Below, piece by piece: positions 10,050 to 19,400 of a stretch of 41,174 bases of DNA. Every line of letters begins with the position of its first letter. Positions within the stretch are counted from its first letter, which is position 1. The notes beneath the pieces are model-generated. The model worked only from the letters and a program-made list of their open reading frames with translations, ran no database searches and had not been told where the DNA came from. The stretch covers positions 1 to 41,174 of the forward strand of contig JANOAV010000198.1 in assembly GCA_031411295.1 (NCBI GenBank), in the 5' to 3' direction. Both the position numbers and the translations under genes were made by a program. Origin of the DNA: Verrucomicrobiales bacterium (GTDB lineage Bacteria > Verrucomicrobiota > Verrucomicrobiia > Verrucomicrobiales > V1-33).

Positions 10050-12315
10050 TGGCGCGGGCTTGCAGCCCGCTAGCCAAAACCACCGAGATATGTCTCTGAA
10101 CTTACAGAACGCTCAAACACCCCACGCTGTAAGGCTTGCGGGCTACAAGCCCGCGCTGCGTTGGCTGAAGCGGCTTGGTGTGCTTGTGGCCGTGTTGGCT
10201 ATCGTTTACTATTTCCTGCCAAAGCCGGACCTGTTGCCGCCTAACCTGGATTACTCCCGCACGGTGCTGGATCGGGATGGCAAGGTTATATTCTTAACTA
10301 CCACCAGCGATGGCAAGCTGCGCCTACCAACCACGCTTGAGCAAATTTCCCCGACACTCCTGGAAGCCACGTTGGAAATGGAAGATCGTCGTTTCTTCAG
10401 TCATGCGGGCGTGGACGGGAAATCATTACTGCGAGCAGTCTGGGGCGTCTTATCAGGACAGAAACTCGGTGGCGGATCCACGCTAACCATGCAACTCAGC
10501 CGACTCCGCTGGGACCTAAAAACGCGCTCCACTTGGGGCAAGCTAGAGCAAACGTTCCGCGCCATTCAGTTGGAACGGCATTACTCCAAGCAGGAAATTG
10601 CGGCCGCTTATTTCACGATGGCTCCCTACGGTGGAAACGTGGAAGGAGCCCGGGCGGCTAGCTTTCGTTGGTGCGGGGTGCCGGCATCGGAACTCACGCT
10701 GCGGCAAGCTGCCAGCCTCAGCGCGATCCCGCAGAGCCCCCGCACCCGACGACCCACGCTGGGTGGCAGTCCCTTGTTAACCGCAGCTCAGGCCCGTCTG
10801 ATGACGCGACTTCGCGCCAATCACGGAGAGCCGCCTAACGAGCTGGATGCAGAGTTTAATTTGGAACCCACAGCGGTGCCACGCGAAGCCCCGCACCTGG
10901 CGCGACGAATGCTGCGGGCGGATCGCAAGAGCCTGACCGTGGCCACCACAGTTGATTTAAACCAGCAGCATGTCATCGAACAATCCATTCGAGATTTCCT
11001 GGAACGCTGGCGCAGCCAAGGTTTGCGCAATGCTGCGGCCATCCTGCTGCATGCGCCAACAGGAGAAATTCGCGCCAGCGTGGGGTCGGCCAATTTTCAT
11101 GACGTCAGCATTTCCGGCCAAGTGGACGGCACGCGCGCAGGCCGCTCGCCTGGGTCCACGCTGAAGCCGTTCATTTATGCGCTGGCGCTGGATGCGGGAT
11201 TGCTTCAACCACAAACCTTGCTGGACGATGCCCCGAAACGTTTCTCCGGCTACAATCCAGAGAACAGCGACAGAAATTTCCTCGGCCCAATAGCCGCTAG
11301 CGAGGCGCTGCGGCTCAGCCGCAATGTGCCTGCGGTGGAGTTGGCCTATCGACTGCCCCATGGCGGCCTGGAGTCATTCCTGCGAGCCTCCGGAGTGGAT
11401 TTGCCGCATGAAAGTCAGGGTCTGGCGTTGGCGATCGGAGCAACAGAAATGAGCTTGGAGGAATTGGCTAGGTTGTATGCAGAGCTGGCCCATCCGCAGC
11501 AGGGGAAGCTTTCTCCTTCGGCCTGCTGGCTCACGCTGGATGCCCTGCGCAGCAAGGAATCTGGAGCTCCGCTCGGATTATCATGCAAGACCGGAACGTC
11601 CAACGGGTTTCGCGATGCATGGGCTTGTGGTGTCATGGGCGATTGGGTCCTCTGCGTCTGGGTCGGCCACTTCGACGGCCATGGCATGCCGGGACTTTTC
11701 GCACGAGAAACTGCAGCCCCGTTGCTCTGGCAAACGGTCACTAAACTCAAACTCCCCGCCCGCTCAGAAGCCGAAGCGCGCCCGCAGGATGTCGCTGAAG
11801 TTTCCGTCTGTGCGGTGTCGGGGGATCTCGCTGGGAAGAACTGCCCGCACTGTCGCAAAGGCTGGTTTATCGGCGGCGTATCGCCTATCACCAGTTGTCA
11901 GGTGCATCAAAAGATTGGCGATACCGTGGTCGAAGTCTGGTCTGCAGAACGCCTAGCACAATTCAAGAAAGCCGGCTTCCCCCGAGTCATCAATCCATTG
12001 GCAAACAGCGGACTAACATCACAGCGATCCACTGCCAACGGCCCCGCACCCAAGATCATCAGCCCACAACCCGCCCTCACTTATTACGTCCAGGCCAACG
12101 CCCCGCAGCAAAGTCGCTTACTCCTGCAAGCGAACGCCGCCCCCGGCACCCAACAGATCCATTGGTTTGCCGACAACCGCTACCTGGGAGCCAGCCCCCC
12201 CGCCGATCCCCTCCCCTGGCAACCCCTCGTAGGCGACTACGAACTCCAAGCCATGGACGACGCCGGCCGCGTGGCCGTGGCGAAGATCAGCGTGCGATTG
12301 GCGATGGGGAAGTGA
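10042..12315 (+). CDS. pbpC: Penicillin-binding protein 1C (start uncertain: GTG 10042 or ATG 10090)
   Basis: TM anchor; transglycosylase motifs EDRRFFSHAGVD and GGSTLTMQL; transpeptidase motifs STLK, SRN and KTG; C-terminal Ig-like domain. This is the canonical pairing with A2M. Confidence 0.93.
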   Translation: MNSGAGLQPASQNHRDMSLNLQNAQTPHAVRLAGYKPALRWLKRLGVLVAVLAIVYYFLPKPDLLPPNLDYSRTVLDRDGKVIFLTTTSDGKLRLPTTLEQISPTLLEATLEMEDRRFFSHAGVDGKSLLRAVWGVLSGQKLGGGSTLTMQLSRLRWDLKTRSTWGKLEQTFRAIQLERHYSKQEIAAAYFTMAPYGGNVEGARAASFRWCGVPASELTLRQAASLSAIPQSPRTRRPTLGGSPLLTAAQARLMTRLRANHGEPPNELDAEFNLEPTAVPREAPHLARRMLRADRKSLTVATTVDLNQQHVIEQSIRDFLERWRSQGLRNAAAILLHAPTGEIRASVGSANFHDVSISGQVDGTRAGRSPGSTLKPFIYALALDAGLLQPQTLLDDAPKRFSGYNPENSDRNFLGPIAASEALRLSRNVPAVELAYRLPHGGLESFLRASGVDLPHESQGLALAIGATEMSLEELARLYAELAHPQQGKLSPSACWLTLDALRSKESGAPLGLSCKTGTSNGFRDAWACGVMGDWVLCVWVGHFDGHGMPGLFARETAAPLLWQTVTKLKLPARSEAEARPQDVAEVSVCAVSGDLAGKNCPHCRKGWFIGGVSPITSCQVHQKIGDTVVEVWSAERLAQFKKAGFPRVINPLANSGLTSQRSTANGPAPKIISPQPALTYYVQANAPQQSRLLLQANAAPGTQQIHWFADNRYLGASPPADPLPWQPLVGDYELQAMDDAGRVAVAKISVRLAMGK
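10052..10156. repeat. REP-like inverted-repeat doublet at the 5' end of pbpC
   Basis: GCGCGGGCTTGCAGCCCGC (10052-10070) and GCGGGCTACAAGCCCGCGC (10138-10156) are reverse complements at 18/19 positions, and each is itself palindromic. Confidence 0.75.
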
Positions 12316-12316
12316 C
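12139..12316 (+). repeat. Direct repeat copy 1 (pbpC 3' end); copy 2 at 21272-21448
   Basis: Manual alignment of about 177 bp shows 7 substitutions and a 1-bp indel. Confidence 0.95.
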
Positions 12317-12390
12317 TCGGCTGGAATCAAGATCCCGTGTCCATTCTACTATTCGCGAAATCCGCCACAATGTCGCAGAGGAAATGTTAT

Positions 12391-15300
12391 TTAATGATCA
12401 AGTATTTCATCCGGGAGACTTCTGATCTCCTGCTTTTCATTTAAATAGATGACTTTTGGACCTGAGACAGGGTAGCTGATAGCAATACGCTCGAAATGAG
12501 CATCTGTGGCAAGGGTGGTCAGTTCGCGGTGGGTAGGTAGGTGCCAGAGGCGGACGGTTTTGTCTTGGGAAACCGTTACTAGGATTTTCCCGTCGGGTGC
12601 GAAGAGAGCTTGGGTCACGGTGCGGGTATGTCCGTTGAGTTCCGCCAGTTCTTTGCCTGATGCGGAGTTGAAGAGGCAGACTTTACGATCCCGGTAGTTG
12701 GCAGCGGCTAGCATATTCCCATCTGGGGAGAACTCTAACCAATGCACTGGTGCCGCCGCCCGGTTGGTAAATAGTCGTCCGCCGTCTTCCGACTGAGCCA
12801 CGATCAGAGCGACTCCGTAGATGGAGCCTGCAATGCGGTCAGCATTGGGAGACCATGCTAGGTTTTGGATATTGCCCTCCATTGGATCAGAGCCGTGGCA
12901 CTGCCCGGTTTGTAGATTCCACACGGTCACGGATTGTTGCTTGATATCTGCGGCTACTAGCAATTTTCCATCCTGGTGGAGCCGCCAATGTCCATACGGT
13001 CCGTCACTGTTTTCTAAACGCACGGGATCCGATTCGCGTTTGCTAGGACCAGTCTTAGTAAACGCCCACCGGGTGACGAAAAAAGGTCCGGTGCCAACTG
13101 GACGAGGAGCCGCTGTAGTGGCGACTAGCAATTCCATGGCTGGGGTCCATCCCAATACGGCTCCGCTGGAAATGGGTAGCTCGATGGTCTTGCGTTGGCG
13201 TAAATTCGCCACCGACACCTTACCCTCCCATTGTGTGCCTGCTAGCCATTCTCCATCAGGCGAGAACAGCAAGGATTGTCGATTTGAGGCGGTGGATGGG
13301 GCGCTCGGATAGGTGCTTTCATTGGTTCCAGTGACATGCCAGAGCCGCAAGCTGCCATCGCTACTCGTAGTGGCTAAATGATGTCGATCTTGTAAAAACG
13401 TGATGCCTGTGGGTGTTTTGGCATGTCCCCACCACTCAGTTTGCTTAGGCGTATCCGTCGCTCCAGGTCCGGGCATGAGGCGGAGGGAGGTGTCGTCTGA
13501 GAGGTAGCCCAACCACTGGCTGTCCGGAGAAATGGCCATGTTCATGATGGCGTGGGTATGAGGCGGAGATTCCCTTATAATGGATTTTGTGGCCAAATCA
13601 AAGAAACATAGCTTCCAGGAGTCCTGTTGTGAAAAGACTCCCCAGCGACCATTGGGGGAGACGGCTACATCGCCAATCCAGCCTCCAGTAGGTATTTCAG
13701 CGTAGGGCGTAGTTTCTCCGCGTTTCCAGAGGAACAAGACATCGCCTCCATTTCCCTGCACGAACACATTGCCGTCGGCCGACTGAGCAACCAGTCCCCC
13801 CGAGCCATTGAGGATTTGAAAAGGTGGTCCAGCGGACAGATCAGCTACCCCAGCAAGCTTTCCTGTGTTTGGGTTAGTGGAGCCGCAGAGAAAGCGTTGA
13901 CCATCACGATTGAGTGACATTCCCGCACCGATAACTGGGAGAGCGGCAAGCGGACGGCCATCCTCCGTGGAGCGTAAGTGGGCCCATCCGCCGCTGAGGC
14001 CAGTGGCCAAGCGGGTGCCGTCTCCAGACACGGTCATGCGGTTAAATCTACCTGCGGAAAACGTGGCGGATGCGGCTTGCCATTCGGCAGTCGTGTTAGG
14101 TATGTTGGAAAATCTAGGATCCCAAGGACCGGGCACCCACTGGCGTAACAAGTCCTCACATTCCTTGCCGCTGAGGCGGTTCGTGGTTTCCCAGGCTCCA
14201 GGGAGAAGCGGGGTATGCTTGCCCGAGGCTGGATCTATCTGTTCTAAATATCCCTCTCCGGCAACGTAGAGTTTTTTAGTTCCATTTGCCCAAGCAAGGG
14301 CGGTAGGGCTTCCGGGGAAGCCAGTAATGACGTCTGTAGCGGTGGGTACCTTCAGTAAAGCGGTTAGTAAATGATAGTCGAAGCAGACCGTCCGATCCTG
14401 CATTTTTTCTAACAGACGTGCGGCTTGGAGGGGCTGTTTGGCGTGGTAGGTTTGCCAGGCCAACTGCATGTCTGACGCATAGAGACTATCTGCCAACTGG
14501 TCCCGGTCCTTGGCCGCGGCCTGCTGGGCTTTTTCGGCAATTTTTTGGCTCGCCACGGCTTCCGCACCTTTGCTGCGAGCCTCGTCCCGCTCAATTTGCA
14601 GGCTGGAGGCGTGGTAAATGGATTGTGCTAGTAAGGCCGCTAAAAACACTGGCATTAGCAAAATAATGGCAGTGGCGGAGCGGTATTTTTTAGCGGTGCG
14701 GAGAAGCTTTTCGGTAAAAGTGGTTGGCCTGGCTTTGATGGGGTCGCCACGGCTCAAGGCGGCCAAATCCTCTGCCAAAGCCAGTGGGGTCGCATAACGC
14801 TTGCCGGGGGATTTTTCTAAACATTTCAGGCAGATGGTTTCTAAATCACGTGGCAGGTCTCTACGCAACGTAGAGGGCGGCACAGGCTGATCCTGCATGA
14901 CGGCATGGAGGATGGATATCATGTGCGTGCCGCTAAATACAGGCTTTCCGGTCATTAATTCGTAAAGGATCGTCCCCAGGCCATAAACGTCTGTGGCCAC
15001 GGTGGGAGCTTCCTGCGTGCCTGATGCCTGTTCCGGTGCCATGGTCTGCGGGGAGCCCAAAACGGCTCCTGTGACCGTAAATCGGGAGGCTGCAGCATCG
15101 AGGCGATGCACTAGCCCGAAATCTGCAACCCCCACGTTACCCTGCGCATCCAACAAAATGTTGCCGGTTTTTAGATCGCGATGCAAAATGCCGCGTTGGT
15201 GAGCAAAGTGCACGGCACGGGCCAGGGATTCAACTAATCCGGTAATCCCCCTCCAATCACGTGGGCGTGGGATGGGATCTGCTAGCGTGCCGCCCTCCAT

Positions 15301-15681
15301 GAGACGCATGGTAAAATACAGTTGCCCATCTATTTCCCCCACATCATAAACCGGAACGATCAGCGGATGCTCCAAGCTGGCTGCGGCCTCTGCCTCCGCC
15401 CGAAATCTTCGTTCTGCCGCAGGCTCCGTGACATACAAGGCCATCATTTTCAAGGCTACGAGCCGCTTGGATGGCTGCTGCTGAGCCTTCCAGACTGTTC
15501 CCATGCCGCCGTGGCCCAATTTTTCTAACAACGTATAGTTTCCAAAAATGACGCCTTCCGTGAAACTCTCTTCCACGTCCGGAGAGGCCAGCACGTCCTG
15601 AATTAAGCATCGCGCACATTCCCCGTCATTCCTTCCAAGCGGAAGGCTGCTGCCACACTGAATGCAGTGGGTTGGATTCAT
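12391..15681 (-). CDS. Hanks-type Ser/Thr protein kinase with a TM/coiled-coil segment and C-terminal WD40 repeats
   Basis: GHGGMGTVW, VALK, HRDLKTGN, DFG and APE motifs; WD40 repeats such as GHTRTVTQALFAPDGKILVTVSQDKTVRLW. Confidence 0.93.
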   Translation of the reverse strand: MNPTHCIQCGSSLPLGRNDGECARCLIQDVLASPDVEESFTEGVIFGNYTLLEKLGHGGMGTVWKAQQQPSKRLVALKMMALYVTEPAAERRFRAEAEAAASLEHPLIVPVYDVGEIDGQLYFTMRLMEGGTLADPIPRPRDWRGITGLVESLARAVHFAHQRGILHRDLKTGNILLDAQGNVGVADFGLVHRLDAAASRFTVTGAVLGSPQTMAPEQASGTQEAPTVATDVYGLGTILYELMTGKPVFSGTHMISILHAVMQDQPVPPSTLRRDLPRDLETICLKCLEKSPGKRYATPLALAEDLAALSRGDPIKARPTTFTEKLLRTAKKYRSATAIILLMPVFLAALLAQSIYHASSLQIERDEARSKGAEAVASQKIAEKAQQAAAKDRDQLADSLYASDMQLAWQTYHAKQPLQAARLLEKMQDRTVCFDYHLLTALLKVPTATDVITGFPGSPTALAWANGTKKLYVAGEGYLEQIDPASGKHTPLLPGAWETTNRLSGKECEDLLRQWVPGPWDPRFSNIPNTTAEWQAASATFSAGRFNRMTVSGDGTRLATGLSGGWAHLRSTEDGRPLAALPVIGAGMSLNRDGQRFLCGSTNPNTGKLAGVADLSAGPPFQILNGSGGLVAQSADGNVFVQGNGGDVLFLWKRGETTPYAEIPTGGWIGDVAVSPNGRWGVFSQQDSWKLCFFDLATKSIIRESPPHTHAIMNMAISPDSQWLGYLSDDTSLRLMPGPGATDTPKQTEWWGHAKTPTGITFLQDRHHLATTSSDGSLRLWHVTGTNESTYPSAPSTASNRQSLLFSPDGEWLAGTQWEGKVSVANLRQRKTIELPISSGAVLGWTPAMELLVATTAAPRPVGTGPFFVTRWAFTKTGPSKRESDPVRLENSDGPYGHWRLHQDGKLLVAADIKQQSVTVWNLQTGQCHGSDPMEGNIQNLAWSPNADRIAGSIYGVALIVAQSEDGGRLFTNRAAAPVHWLEFSPDGNMLAAANYRDRKVCLFNSASGKELAELNGHTRTVTQALFAPDGKILVTVSQDKTVRLWHLPTHRELTTLATDAHFERIAISYPVSGPKVIYLNEKQEIRSLPDEILDH

Positions 15682-16433
15682 GCGGAGAGCGCTACTAGCA
15701 AATGACGCAGTTCATCTTCCACATCCGCTGCGTCTGGCACCGTGAGAGCCACTTCCTCACGCAGGAGGCCGGCAAATCGAGTGCGGAGACGGTGGAGCAG
15801 GGAGCGGATAGCGGACTCGGAAAGTCCGAGTGATTTCCCTGTTTCTAACAAGTGTCCGCCTTCTTTTCCACGAAGTAAAAAGGGCCGCAGTTGATCAAAT
15901 TTCGCTTGGTCTTCCGGTCGACGTTGCCACTCACGTTGCAACCGCTCTAACACCCGATTTACCATCGCGTCCGCCCATTCCCGGTCGAATATTGCCTCTG
16001 GAATTCCGTTTTCACCCGCCTGATGCAAAAAGCGGGCCTCACCTTCCTCTCGCAAGATGACGTCCAGACTAACCGACTGAAAAAGCCCTCCTCGTTTCTC
16101 CGCTCGTTGTTCCCGAGCATGATCGGAAAGCTTATGTTTCAAGGCCCCCAACAGGAACGACCGAAACCGACCCATTTGCGGGTCCGCACGAGCCAGCGAG
16201 CCTTTGGACATGAGATCTACAAAGAAATCTTGCGTCAGATCCGCGGCCTCCTCCGGAAATTTTCCGCTGCGTCTGACGAAGGCATACAATGGATACCAAT
16301 AGGACCGGTATAATTCCTCCCAAGCGGCCTGCGAGCCCGGTGCATCACGCGACCCCGCCAATACGACGGCACTCCAGTGGGTGGCTGCGAAGCTCGCAGG
16401 GCTGCGGACGAAGTCGGGATCATTACTCATCAT
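15678..16433 (-). CDS. ECF-type RNA polymerase sigma factor (kinase-associated, PVC type)
   Basis: FAATHWSAV, YWYPLYAFVRR, AADLTQDFF, GRFRSFL and a region-4 HTH. Its stop overlaps the kinase start (ATGA). Confidence 0.88.
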   Translation of the reverse strand: MMSNDPDFVRSPASFAATHWSAVVLAGSRDAPGSQAAWEELYRSYWYPLYAFVRRSGKFPEEAADLTQDFFVDLMSKGSLARADPQMGRFRSFLLGALKHKLSDHAREQRAEKRGGLFQSVSLDVILREEGEARFLHQAGENGIPEAIFDREWADAMVNRVLERLQREWQRRPEDQAKFDQLRPFLLRGKEGGHLLETGKSLGLSESAIRSLLHRLRTRFAGLLREEVALTVPDAADVEDELRHLLVALSA

Positions 16434-16477
16434 GCCCGAAAGCATGATGATATTTAGCTCGATTCGCAATGAGAAAA

Positions 16478-19400
16478 TCATTTCCTCCGCTGACGGCTGG
16501 AGAGCCCTAAAAACAAAGCCCCTGCGAGCATGAATGCCGTGGATGGCTCCGGGATCAGGGAGGTTAAGACGACATCATTTCCGTTTCCGCCGCGGTAAGT
16601 GAGACTGAAGGGATAGCCACTAGCCGTAACCGTGCCGCCCTCTGGGATGAGGGCTAGGTTGGTATCCCACAGTAGCCCGCTGGCGAAACCAGGGGACGTT
16701 TTGTTGATCAGGATAAATTCGTCGCCCGTGTTAGGTGCATAATTTAGCGTTAGTTGGAGCACGGGTGTGCCGCCAAATTGGAGCGAACCGCCGACCACAA
16801 TTTGATCATGCAAGGTGGGACTGTTTAGCTCCATTACCAAGCGTGGACTACTACCAGAGGTGACTAGATTTCCCAGCACCGTTAGGGTGCCCGCACTATT
16901 TCCGGGTGCTAGAGAGCCGGAGAGATTGAGATTCCCGCCGATGATGCCCGTGCCTCTCAGAGTGCCGCCTACGTCCGCCGTCCAGAGGGCACTGGAGGCA
17001 CTGTGATTACCATTCATAATGAGGAGCGAGCCCGCACCGCCCACGTAAACCTGTCCAGTGCCGGTGGATGTGCCCATGAGGGTCAGGCTGCCAGTGCCCA
17101 CCTGGGTAAGGTTTCCAGGGCCACTGATGGTTCCGTTAAATACGCTAACAGCGGCATTCCCGCCCAAACTCAGGCCACCATTAATAGCTAATTCCAAATG
17201 ACCACCGCCCTGTAGGCTGCGGGTAGCTTCATAGTCAGTGACGCGGAGCGTGGCTCCAGGTGAAATGGTCACGTCAGAGAAATCCGACAGTCCACTGATA
17301 CTGGCCACCAGGGTGCCCTCCTCTATGAGAGTAGGACCGCCGTAGCTCGATCCGAACAGACTGAAGATTTGTTCCCCATTTCCAATTTTACGCAGGCCAC
17401 CGGGCCCGGTAATTTGCCCCGTAAAGGTGTGACTGCCGCCCGCTCCGCCAAAGGTTAGCACATTTCCCGGACTATTCACCACCACCGTGCCGCTGCCTTC
17501 CAGGGCACCGATGGTTTCACTGCCATTGACGATGAGCTGGCTGTAAACAGAGACGACGGACTGATCACCGATGGCCTGGCCATCATTCGCAATCAGCGTG
17601 CTACTGTTGGAGATCACCGTAGTGCCAGTGTAGTCGGCAGCTCCGGCCCTGCCGTCTAGGGAAAGCCTGCCAGGGCCTATTAAATCCAGTCCCATGGCTC
17701 CCGTCAGGTGGCCATGGAAATTTTCTACCGGGGCAGTGTTAGGTAAACGCACGGCCAGCCTGCCGCCGCTGCTACTGGTAATGGTGCCGCCAGAACCCGT
17801 TAGCGAAGTAACCTCCTCGGTTCTCCCATTCAGGTCCACGGTGCCGCCGTTGAGGATGAGTTTCCCTCCTATCAGCATGTCATTCTGTGCGCTGGTATTT
17901 TTCAGCACGCCGCCCAGCAGCAACACGTCCACGAAGGCCGCCCCTCCAGTGGCTACCACCTCCACCACGCCCTCATCCACCGTGAGGGAGGCTTGGTCTG
18001 GAGAGCCATCTTGCACGCCTCCAAATTGCAGGGTCTCTGGCCCTGTTTTGTGCAGGTAAATATTGGATAGTCGCCCAGTGAAATTTCCTCCATTCAGCGT
18101 CAAGGTGGCCGGAGCCATGCCATAGTCCATGTCATCTCCATGGACCACACCATTGCCGTTGAGGAAACCGATCTTTTCGGACTCCCCCATGAGTAATATC
18201 ACGCTACCGGCATTGACCGTCACCCCACCTCCATCCGGAATTTGGCTATGATTACTCCCCACCAGTTTCAGGATCGTGCCAGCGTTACTGTTTTGTAGAA
18301 CGACATTCCCCGTAAAACTATTCTCCCCAGCCAAGGTTACTTTTCCAGAAATGGTGAGGGTGCCCACGTTTCCTTCGATAGGTCCACGAAACACTGCCGG
18401 GAGGGTAGCACCTAGGGCATCGGCAACGAGTGAGACGGGGCGGTTCAGGTCCATGCTCCCGGAAAATATGGCGGGATATTGGAAGGTGTTAAATTGAGAT
18501 GGGATAAAAGAGGTCAACGCTAGATTGCCTATGGTTACTGAGCCTGTGGGGCCAGCAGGCACTGAAATATCGTTGGCTAGTGGCACCAGAGAGGCATTTC
18601 CGCCGTTCTGCATTCCAAAGCGAATGGCCTGGGCACCCGTGGCAGCATCTCCTAGCACAATTGGGCCAGTGCCAAAGCGAGTGGTGGCTGATTGACTCGG
18701 CTCAGAGAGATACAGGAGACCGCCAGAGGAGACATGTGTGCCTCCATTGTAGGTGTTGATGGTGTTAAAACCAAAGACCGCATCCTTGGCTCCGCTTTTG
18801 TAAACACCGCCATCACCCGCTATGCCAAACATGGACACATTGGTGTCCCATTGGGCGTTTTTAAATAGCAATTGTGAGGGATGCAGCACTTGGGGCACAG
18901 TCACGTAAATGGGATTTTGGATGGCGTTTATATCGTCAAAAATGACAGTATCCGAGAGCCTAGCATCCACGTTTTCGATATAGCTCGTAGCGACGCCTCC
19001 CGTGACTGTTCTGAAATTTGCCCCACTCCAGTTACTGCCCAAATTACCGTGAAATCGGATAGCATCCGCCGCAGTGACGGTCAAATCAATGGTGCCGACT
19101 CCATTCGTGAGCGTTGCGGAAACCCGTGGGGGTAAGGTTCCCAGCGAGAGGGCTGCGAATCCACTGCCACCGATGGCTCCGGCATAGGTCATGAGCGTAG
19201 TGGTGCCCGGAGCCATGTTGCCGAGGTTGCGGATGTTGATGGTGTTAGCACCAGCGGTGTTGAGCCCGCCGCTATTGACTAGCACGAGCTGATCATTTGC
19301 CGGGCCTGCGGCCGTGTTCCCCAATCCAAATGCGCCAATGCTGCCGTCCCTGAAATTCACCCGTGAAGCAGTGTGGGTGCCGGTGGATGGAGAAAGTCCG

